The translations under genes were made by a program, and so were the position numbers. The notes below the pieces were generated by a model, which was not told the origin of the DNA, ran no database searches, and worked only from the letters and a program-made list of their open reading frames with translations. Positions 54,423-64,000 of a stretch of DNA of 64,000 nucleotides are shown here, in pieces (position 1 is the first letter of the stretch; the number at the start of each line of letters is the position of its first letter). The DNA lies in the NCBI GenBank assembly GCA_951406725.2, contig OX597816.1, forward strand, positions 44,950,001 to 45,014,000, in the 5' to 3' direction. Origin of the DNA: Octopus vulgaris (taxonomy: Eukaryota).

Positions 54423-54850
54423 ATATACATATACAAATATAATGCATGTATATATATATGTATGTATATACATGAGAGTGTGTGTGTGTGTACAACACTA
54501 ACGATTCACCTTTATCAGATATAAAACTATTACTTCATACTTTTACTATTCCCATAAGAGGACACAGTAATTACTTCCATTAATTTTTGTGCTATCGCTT
54601 CAAGTAATGCATTAACCTTGTCGGCTTTGTCTCGAAAACGAATGAACTGATGTTGGGAGAGGAAAAACAACAAAAAAAAAGATGTGTACGTATCTCTAAA
54701 GATAAAAATTCACTGTAAGCGGTACCCACATTCACCTATTTCATTAAATTTCGTGCACAAATTAGTCATTCATAACAACTATCCCTGATGTAAGAAAGGA
54801 ATGACTACTGAAAAGTGTACTAAATGGTGCTATTTTTACATTTAATATGT

Positions 54851-55243
54851 GGAATGAATGGAAGCACTCCGTCGGTTACGACGATGAGGGTTCCCGTTGA
54901 TCCGAATCAACGGAACAGCCTGCTCGTGAAATTAACGCGTAAGTGGCTGAGCACTCCACAGACACGTGTACCCTTAACGTAGTTCTCGGGGATATTCAGT
55001 GTGACACAGAGAGTGACAAGGCCGGCTCTTTGAAATACAGGTACAACAGAAACAGGAAGTAAGAGTGAGAGAAAGTTGTGGTGAAAGAGTACAGCAGGGA
55101 TCACCACCATCCCCTGCCGGAGCCTCGTGGAGCTTTTTAGGTGTTTTCGCTCAATAAACACTCACAACGCCCGACCTGGGAATCGAAACCGCGATCCTAC
55201 GACCGCGAGTCCGCTGCCATAACCACTGGGCTATTGCGCCTCC
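54851..55243 (-). mobile_element. SINE family C, full length, with 13-bp TSD
   Basis: ACATTTAATATGT at 54838 and 55244. Confidence 0.9.
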
Positions 55244-55267
55244 ACATTTAATATGTAAATAACTGTG

Positions 55268-55922
55268 AAGACGCGTGGCTTGGTGGTTAGGATTTTTCGG
55301 CACGCGATCGCAAGGTCGTGTGTTCAATTCCCGGCGACACGTTGTGTCTTTGAGCAAGACACTTTATTTCATATTGCTCCAGTTCAATCAGTTGGCCAAA
55401 ATAAGTTATACCTATAATTCAAAGGGCCAGCCTTGTCACATCCTGTGTCACGATGAATCTCCTTGAGAACTACGTAAAGGGTACGCGTGTCTCTGGCATG
55501 CTCAGTGACTTGCACGTTAGTTTCAGGAGCAGGCTGTTCCGTTGATCGAATCAGCTGGAACACTCGCCGTCATAACGGACATAATGCTATGTATATAACT
55601 GGCTCTCCGTCGCTTACGACAACGAGGGTTCCAGTTGATGCGATCACCGGAACAGCCTCCTTATGAAATTAACGGGCAAGTGGCTGAGCACTCCACAGAC
55701 ACGCGTAACCTTAACGTAGTTCTCTGAGATATTCAGCGTGACACTGATTGTGGCACGGCTGGCCCTTTCTTCCATAGGTATTACTTATTTTTGCCAGGTA
55801 AATGAGACTGGAACAACGTGAAATAAAGTATCTTGCCCAAAGACACAATACCCCACCAGGAATCGAACTCCCGTTCTTACAAGTGAGAGCCGAATACCCT
55901 GACCACTGAGTCGCGTGCTTTC
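55268..55922. mobile_element. Tail-to-tail inverted pair of SINE family D
   Basis: Plus copy 55268-55585 and minus copy 55602-55922 share the tail also found on family C. Confidence 0.75.
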
Positions 55923-56034
55923 ACCTACTTAATATGCAGTGATGCTCAAACTGACAAATACCAGACCAAACATCACCAAAATATTAAGGAAATTTTTTTG
56001 TTCTCAGCCATTGCACTTTTCATTAACGAGAAGA

Positions 56035-56087
<53 letters not shown>

Positions 56088-56505
56088 GTTACTCTCGGTA
56101 CTGCTGTTAATACGTAAGCCAATACACTGTATCGTTCGACCGAGCGGTCGGCTATGAAACTGGCAAGCTTGCGCGTTAAGACGGGTTATGTTCACTGAAC
56201 ACCATACAAAATGCAAAACAAAACCCGTCAAAGTAATAGCTAAATTCAGTAGAATCAACGGCCATCCAGTAGCTGGAAGTGAAAGATTCTTTGTCTTTGT
56301 TTAAACCAGGAGTCTTCCGGGAGAAGGAAAACTGTGAGATAACACCTGCGACTTCGTTAGCATTCAGTGATGCAGACTAGATCTTCTATACGTTGCTTAG
56401 AGAGTGGAATCGTCTCTGTGCAAGGCCGTTTGTAGCTGTTATCGTTTACAGACCAACACCGGTTGTCAAGCAGTGGACACACAAACACACACATACGCGC
56501 ACACA

Positions 56506-56674
56506 TTTTTAGGAAGTTAAAAGTTGTCGCCAATCATAGTGACCATTGATTTCGAACCTATAAAGTGCATAGCACAGCCATTTGAGTCTGATGACTCGCC
56601 TATTGCTAAGCGCTTTATATGTGTGAAACCAATGGTCACTCTACGACCGGCCATAACGTTTAACTTCTTAAAAA
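56506..56674. mobile_element. Imperfect fold-back element with hammerhead-like motif (family H5)
   Basis: About 70-bp imperfect arms; GAGT-CTGATGA-..-GAAACCAATGGTC-ACTC at 56584-56641. Confidence 0.6.
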
Positions 56675-57398
56675 ATACATTACTGCTCTAACAGTTTGAT
56701 TCAAATTCGTTGGTACTCCGAGTTTCAAGCGTGATGCTAATCTTCAGTCATTTTGAATTTGAATGAAAGAAGTTGATTGTTATCACCGTAAGGTGGGCTG
56801 CGGTTGGTCGAGGGTCATGCGGTGTCGTGGTTTGATGTTGGTATATCGGTGACAACAGTTAGTTGGAAAATACTGCATGGTGAACAAGAAATCGACCATG
56901 TGGTGGACAGGAAATCGGTCGGGTTGTGGGTAAGTAGGAAGAGGTGGTATGTGCAAGTATATAGTTGTACACGTGGGTGTGTGGACGCCCTCATATGGAT
57001 GGTAATACACGTGATCACAAAAGCACAAATTTCACAACTTACGAAGTAAACACAGTGATGTCACTCGGGAAACTGCCTCATAAAGGTCACTGCTAGCTCT
57101 CACTGTGCATGCAGCCGTGTGCTGCCATTTGTTGGCACGCTACAGAATTAGTATGGGAACGTTTTGATACCACATTGCATGAGCTGTGTATAACATGTGA
57201 TACACAGCTCATGCACAAGGTTAAGGACGTATTTTCACAAGAGATCATTGATGATAGTAAGGCCATAAATAGTAAAGAATGGAGAGGGCTATTGGTATTT
57301 GCTGCTCAAATGATTTCTTCCGCCATTTACTATTCTTCGTTCAATAATTTGTGAATTAGGGTAAGTTTGTGTGCCGTTAGAAAGGAGAGGACAATGCA

Positions 57399-57942
57399 TT
57401 GGGTTGTTCGGAAAGTTCGTGCCGATTTATAGTAGCTAACCTTTCGACTTATTTTAGAACATGGTTGAGTCCATAAAATAGGATTTGACTACACCTCCAT
57501 TTAGAGCACAAGAAGGTTTATGTTCCTATAACCTGTGTTAATTCCGTAATCCTTTAAAATGCAAGATAAGAAAGTTCATTTTCGGCACTTGATGCTTTGG
57601 GAACCAGACAAAAATTGCTGCAACTCGGCTGGGATGTGTTACCCCACCCTCCATATTCACCAGATATTGCTCCTTCGGATTTCCACTGATTCAGGTCTCT
57701 GCAGAATAGTCTTAATGGTAAAAATTTCAATTCCTTGGATGACGTAAAAAGATACCTTGAGGAATTCTTTGCCATGAAACCACCTCAATTCTGGGAAGAG
57801 GGTATTTTCAAGTTAAAGGAAAGATGGAGACGCATTGTGCAACTAAATAGTTCATATTTGGTTGATTAAAAATGTAATGGCAAGTATTTATTAGCCTTTT
57901 TCTTTCCTTTAAAAATCGGCACGAACTTTCTTGACAACCCAA
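57399..57942 (+). mobile_element. Mariner (DD34D-type) element, internally deleted
   Basis: 30-bp TIRs TTGGGTTGTTCGGAAAGTTCGTGCCGATTT and AAATCGGCACGAACTTTCTTGACAACCCAA+TA; LGWDVLPHPPYSPDIAPSDFH and FW..GI.KL..RW motifs. Confidence 0.9.
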
Positions 57943-58874
57943 TATTTTAGGGACTGACCGTTCGCGACTAGAATGGCCTGACTCGAAATTATATTGTCCT
58001 CTTCTTCCCACGACATGCGAACTTTACCAAATTCACGAATTTCAATACACACAAGCATGGCTGTGTGATAATGAGTTTGCGTCCCAACCACATGATTCCG
58101 CGCTCAGTCCCACTGCGTGGCACCTTGGCCAATTGTCTTCTACTATAGCTTTGTGAGTGGATTTGGTAAACGGAAACTAACAGAAGCCCGTTGTGTGTAT
58201 GTGTGTGCGTGCGTACCTGTGTGTGTGTGTGTATGTGTGTGCGTGCGTATATGTGTGTGTGTGTGTGTGTGTTAATGTGAGTTTAGAGGGATATATTATA
58301 CGGGCGGATACCCTGCTAGCTCTCAGTCATGTTCCAGGTTACGGCTAACTGCATCGATTAGTATTTAATGTCTATGATTACTAGGAGTTGCCACTCACGC
58401 TGTAAATTCCGTGATCGCTTCACTGGATGGTAATTTTATCTGGTGTGTATATTTACAATAATTATAACGATAGAGAATATGGAGATTGACACGTCCTCAA
58501 ATTTATTTCGTTTTATTTTACAGTATGTCATACAGCATATTTTTATGGTTACGACGATCTAGACGTGTTTTTCACTGCACAGAAGTTGTAATGCAACCGG
58601 GCATAATTTACTGTGCAGCTTCGTTCAGGATCTTTCAACCAGCTTGGCTCGAAGCGAGCTAGTTCTAGCCTAGGGAATGGATTAACAGAACGGGAGGAGA
58701 CGCGTAGGATTGAGAGTCGCCGAAGAGGTCATAGGAGTTGTGACGAAAGATTTAGAATAAGAATTAAGAAAATAAGGACATAAAAATAAGAACAATAATA
58801 AAGCTGGAGTTAAGAACGAAGAAATAGAGCATATGTTTATTTGGCAAAAAAATTCACTTTTCCGAAATATAATA

Positions 58875-59208
58875 ATGTGGCTGTGTTGTAAGAAACTTAC
58901 TTCCCAACCACATGGTTCTGGGTTCAATTCCAATGCGTGGCACCTTGGGTAAATGTCTTCTACTATAACCTCTGGCTGACCAAAGCCTTGTGAGTGGATT
59001 TGGTAGACAGAACTGAAAAGACACGCCGGGCGAAAAGCCGTATTTCGTCTGCCGTTACGTTCCGAGTTCAAATTCCGCCGAGATCGACTTTGCCTTTCAT
59101 CCTTTCGGGGTCGATAAATTAAGTACCGTTACGCACTGGGGTCGATGTAATTATATCCCTTTGTCTGTCCTTGTTTGTCCCCTCTGTGTTTAGCCCCTTG
59201 TGGTAGTA

Positions 59209-59210
<2 letters not shown>
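58875..59210 (+). mobile_element. SINE B head joined to SINE A body
   Basis: B head to about 59020, then a 5'-truncated family A copy. Confidence 0.7.
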
Positions 59211-59270
<60 letters not shown>

Positions 59271-59274
<4 letters not shown>

Positions 59275-59430
59275 GGGAGGGGAGAATTCAGACAAAAAAT
59301 CAAACAGATGTATTAGTACAACGCTCGGGAAGTGAAAAGTCTTTAACGTTTCGAGCCTACGCTCTTCCACAGAAAGAAACAAGGAGAGAAAATAAAGTAT
59401 GTGTAGTGGCTAGTGTTCTATCATGGCGAA
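59271..59430 (-). mobile_element. (TA)n-embedded element with variant hammerhead (H1-related)
   Basis: Minus strand CUUU-CUGUGGA-A-GAGCguagGCUC-GAAACGUU-AAAG at 59341-59376. Confidence 0.6.
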
Positions 59431-59442
59431 TATATATATATT

Positions 59443-59491
<49 letters not shown>

Positions 59492-59496
59492 TAGAC

Positions 59497-59557
<61 letters not shown>

Positions 59558-59826
59558 TTATCTGTGTGTCTTTGAGTCTGTGTTTGTACCCAGGTGTTGT
59601 AGAAAGTTAATTGACGAAACATTAATTGTAATATATTGGCCCAATTCATTGATTGGAGTCGTACTGCCAATTAAATAATAGATTGCTATCATAGCAATTA
59701 ATTTCAATTAATTGTAACATTGTCAGCGAAAGTAAATTCAAGTGGCCTATACTTCATTCGACGTTCAATTGCCAAATACAGCGTTCTATTATTATTTGAG
59801 GTATTGTGTGGACGCTTTGTTCTGAG

Positions 59827-60120
59827 CTGAGAATGATTCATACATTCTGTCGTACTTAGGAGTTGACTATTGTGTATGTTGTCAATTGTTGATGCTTGAT
59901 TCGCACTGCTGAGAATGATGCACATTCTATCATGCTTGAGAATTGGCTAATGTGTATGTTGTCAAATAACCGGTGCCGAGTGCTGACGCTTGGTTAGGAC
60001 TGCCGAGAATGATTCACACATTCTGTCATGTTTGGGAATTGGCTATTGTGTATGATGTTAAATTATTGCTCTCGTGTGATTCTTGGTTCTGATTGCCGAG
60101 AGTGATTCACACATTCTATC
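59827..60120. repeat. Subterminal tandem repeat of the hAT (about 80-90-bp unit, about 3.5 copies)
   Basis: GAGAATGATTCA.ACATTCT.TC..TGTGTATG repeated. Confidence 0.8.
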
Positions 60121-60289
60121 TTCAAGTCATTAAATCGTAACTTCGCCTGCAACGCGGTTGTATCTTGAATTCCGCTCTAACATATTAACTGAATCGGATT
60201 TTCATCAGCGGAGTGGTGAAATATCTTCTATTTTAAACTGTGACGAAATATCTTTTATATTAAGCTAAGCCATGCTGCGTGAAAACGAG

Positions 60290-62461
60290 CAGAAAATATT
60301 TTAACCATATAGACAGTGAACATGTATGAAAATGCAAGTGTGGAAAAAAATTCCCAGAAAAAAGGATTTAGGTGGATAAATCTTATGGATCATGTAAAAA
60401 CCCAGCATCCACAGTATTCTACTACACAAGCAACTGGACAACCATCTTTATCGGGTTTTCTTTCACCAAGAATTATTTTGTTCAGTCGTTCGGTCTTAAA
60501 TGTCTATGGTTGGATTAAGTGGGTATGTTGGTTTAAAACCATTTTCCTTTACTGAAGACCCACTGACTTGTAAGTACACAAACTTAGGGTTGGGGTATGA
60601 CAAATATAACCTTAAAGAAATACATGGAGAAGCTTACTCAAGAAGTAGAAAAGAAAATATCTGGTGAACTTCCAAGTAAATTTTCGTTGGTTATCGACTA
60701 AGGGTTCGACCAGTGGCGGGTCGTAGATAAAATTAGTGGCGGTACTGCTGCGGAGAAGTTTTAGCCGTTGTTTTAATATTGTGTAAAAGGAAACAAACAT
60801 ATAAACAGAAAACTTATACATAAACTTGATCGGTTCACGTTTTAGCCACTGTCGGATAGTGTGTTTAATTTGTTCACTGAACACCGCCACGAATTCCCCT
60901 TATTTTTCAAAAATCCCCCTTAAAAAAAAAAAAAATAAGGGCGGAAAATCTGCTCTATTTTTCAAATCTTGGCAACAACACTGTAGCTGGAAGCAGGATA
61001 ATAATCTAATTCTATAGTTTATCACATTCAAGACTATAAACACGTTTTTAAGCACAACACACGCGGAGTCAAAAAGAAATACTGCCTTTCACTTGTACAC
61101 TAGAGTCAGTACTGCGTGAACGCCAGTGCTCTCTCTCCCTAGCGTGAAGCTTCCCATCTCGGACATGTGAGCATGCGCACAACAGCCAAACACCGCGTTG
61201 ATGGAACTGTGAAGCGCACAGTTCTAAACATGGATTTTTGTATTTTTTTCATAAACTAGGGGATGTCTACTGACATTAAACTTAAGGATTATATAATGTA
61301 CAAGTATAAAGAAAGAATTAAAGAAAAAAGGGACTCATTATATTGAATGTTATCGATAATATCGAGTGGAAATAGGGGGTGTTGCAGTTCCGCAGTGCCT
61401 ATACACGAGCCGCCACTGGGCTCGACGCATTTCATTGGACTCGTTGCAACTTATTTGTGCAATTATCAAAATGACTATTGTATTGTTTTGCTAGCATTTT
61501 CGCCAATGGTAAGCGAAACATCATTCACTGCTTCTGATTATGTAGAATTTATCGAGTATGTATTAAGTGTCTATAACAAAAATTTAAGAAATGTTGTAGC
61601 TATTATCGGAAATAATACTGGCGTGAACAAATCTATAGCGATTGGATGTGCTTCCCATAAATTGAATCTAACTGTTTCTGCTTATCTCGAGAAGCAGGAA
61701 GTTCTGCTTGATAAAATTGATATGTTGACGGGCAAGCTAAAATTATTAAAACTTGAAGGTAAACTTCGGGAAAAAAACGCCTTTGCAATCTATACAAAGA
61801 AATATAACCCGTTGGTCCAGTACTTATAACATGATTGAGAGGTACATCCAACTCAAGCCGTTTTTCGACTCTTTTCAAGGCGATCCAAAGCTGGTTGGTT
61901 ATCTGTTGACTCCACGTGCTCATAATGAACTGCAGACTCTAAAAGACAATTTAGGAGGGTTACGCTCAGTAACAGCCACCTTGCAAAGAACAGAAATGGA
62001 TTTGGAAAATGCTCGAATTCTTTTTGACGAAATTCTCGCATTGTATCTTTACGAGGGGTTTTAAAAATATTTGCTTCCATAGGGAGTCATAGTGCACAGC
62101 CCAAATTTTGAAAGTGGAGTTGTGGAAATTTTACAGCATGCAGAAGTAGAGCTAACTGCGGATCAAGTGGCTGCAGACACGTCACAACAATCTGGTTTGT
62201 CTATAGACGATGATTTTGCTTCAATTTATCTGAAAAATCAAAAAAAAAAAAAGATAAAATATCAGCTCAGCAATATCTGAACTGTAGATTTTTGCTAAAA
62301 ACGTCCAACATCTAGAAACGTTTCTTCAGCTCAGCAGGTTATACTTTTAATGATTTTCGGTAACACTTAACAGCAATGAATTAAGAAATGTAATTATTTC
62401 CAAAAGTCAATCGCGCTTTTTGGGATGAAGACCTAGTTTCAGAAATCTACAATCGTTCATG
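60290..62461 (+). pseudogene. hAT transposase pseudogene
   Basis: BED-like NLMDHVKTQHP, LVID, GCASHKLNL (CxxH), TRWSSTYNM, HSPNFESG, and a C-terminal TSN..RFFSSAG dimerisation region; many frameshifts. Confidence 0.85.
60711..61418. mobile_element. Non-autonomous hAT MITE nested in the transposase
   Basis: TIRs CAGTGGCGGGTCGT and ACGAGCCGCCACTG; 8-bp TSD GGTTCGAC/GGCTCGAC. Confidence 0.85.
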
Positions 62462-63185
62462 ACCTTTTGTTATATTAAAACATTTTAACTGTGCTACTCG
62501 TTTGAAAAGCTCTTTCAATTAAAGACCTTCAATTTATTTGTTTTTCAACTACTGAACAATGTAGAGTATACATGTTGTTTGTTCCCTTTTCTAAATCCAT
62601 AAAATTGAACTTTGAACGTTTTCTTATAATAACGTTTTTTGAAGCTCTAGCTTCACACAGGCGTACCTTTTATTTTCCTATCATTTTGGCTCTTATCTAA
62701 ATTGAAGTTAACACTCCAAAATATATGGTGTTTTTACGTTCGGCAAAATAATTGACGATTAATTGCAATAATTGATTGGCCTGTATCCTAATTGAAATTA
62801 ATTGATTGCTAGGAAAATAATTGATTGGAAACATTCCAATCAATTATTTACAGCCCCTGTTTGTACCCCCATCATCGCTTTACAACCAGTGATGTGTTTA
62901 TGTCCACTTAACTTAACGCTTCGGCAAGAGACCGATAAAATAAGTACTAGGCTTACAAAGAATAAGTCCTGGAGTTGAAATATTCGACAAAAACACTTCA
63001 AGGTGGTGCTCTAGCATGGTCGTACTCAAATGGCTAAAACAAATAAAAGAATAAAAGTGTGTGTATGTGTGTCCCAGCACTTATTAACAACTTGTATTGG
63101 TGTGTTTACGTCCCCGTGACATAGCGGTTGGGCAAAAAAAAAACCCGTAAGAATAAGTACCACGCTTTAAAAAATATAGGTAATA

Positions 63186-63358
63186 GGCGCAGGAGTGGCT
63201 GTGTGGTAAGTAGCTTGCTAACCAACCACATGGTTCCGGGTTCAGTCCCACTGTGTGGCACAACCTTGAGCAAGTGTCTTCTGCTATAGCCTCGGGCCCA
63301 CCAATGCCTTGTGAGTGGATTTGGTAGACGGAAACTGAAAGAAGCCCGTCGCATATAC

Positions 63359-63404
<46 letters not shown>

Positions 63405-63610
63405 ATGTTTGTGTGTCTGTGTTTGTCCCCCTAGCATTGCTTGACAACCGATGCTGGTGTGTTTATGTCCCCGTCACTTAGCAGTTCGGCAAAAGAGACC
63501 GATAGAATAAGTACTGGGCTTACAAAGAATAAAACCCGGGGTCGAGTTGCTCGACTAAAGGCGGTGCTCCAGCATGGCCACAGTCAAATGACTGAAACAA
63601 GTAAAAGAGT
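63186..63610 (+). mobile_element. SINE family B, full length
   Basis: Family B head, body and tail. Confidence 0.88.
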
Positions 63611-64000
63611 ATACATCTGTGCACATGCATACGTATACTTACTGAAACATATAGCTCCTGCACACATACTCATGCTCTGATACATACACATACACATACT
63701 CATATTCATATATACGTACACTTGTACAAACACACACATGCACAAACTAAAACGAAATAACGAGTTAAGATGTTTCTATTATGAGGGGAGATAACCCAAA
63801 GTTATTTCGAGTTACGTCCCTTTTACAAAATGGCGTTGTCCTCGCGGTGTTGATTTTTCCGAATATAAACATTACATTACGAGGTAAAAATTAATTATTT
63901 GTTTATTTACTTGAATACGTTTTGGATTTAACTAGTAACAGTTCTAAATAGTTACGTACCTTATATGCTTTAAGGGTTCATCTCTGTGTGTCTATACTAT

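Larger units (their letters stand above)
59591..62859 (+). mobile_element. hAT DNA transposon, full span with degenerate transposase
   Basis: TIRs CAGGTGTTGTA and TACAGCCCCTG; perfect 8-bp TSD TTTGTACC (59583 and 62860); subterminal AATTGATTG repeats; splits a SINE B tail. Confidence 0.9.

Noticed and set aside
56783-57049. Possible LINE endonuclease remnant (IYLHIPP)
   Set aside because: A single weak motif; not enough to call.
59827-60120. CRISPR-like repeat/spacer appearance
   Set aside because: Units are degenerate along their whole length, lie within a hAT subterminal region, and the context is eukaryotic with no cas genes.

Overview
AT-rich eukaryotic genomic DNA made almost entirely of repeats. 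The SINE families, microsatellite load and transposon types point to an octopus (coleoid cephalopod); this is an inference from repeat content, not a database match. No intact host protein-coding gene can be supported, and nearly all long ORFs in the track are microsatellite translations. Recognisable content: (1) R4/Dong-clade non-LTR retrotransposons (RT plus CCHC plus restriction-like endonuclease) in (TAA)n arrays, as four copies or fragments; (2) fragments of CR1-, RTE- and Tx1/L1-like LINEs; (3) four tRNA-derived SINE families (about 40 copies, several with target-site duplications); (4) DNA transposons: a 3.3-kb hAT with a perfect 8-bp TSD and a nested hAT MITE, a MER1/Charlie-like MITE, and mariner, maT and Tigger remnants. 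The most striking signal is a set of at least five unrelated families of short (170-430 bp) non-coding elements, mostly embedded in (TA)n. They carry minimal type-I hammerhead ribozyme motifs with a palindromic helix III. Several are long fold-back palindromes that place a hammerhead on both strands. They resemble non-autonomous Penelope-like or retrozyme-like elements. All motifs were read by eye; coordinates of degenerate repeats are approximate.
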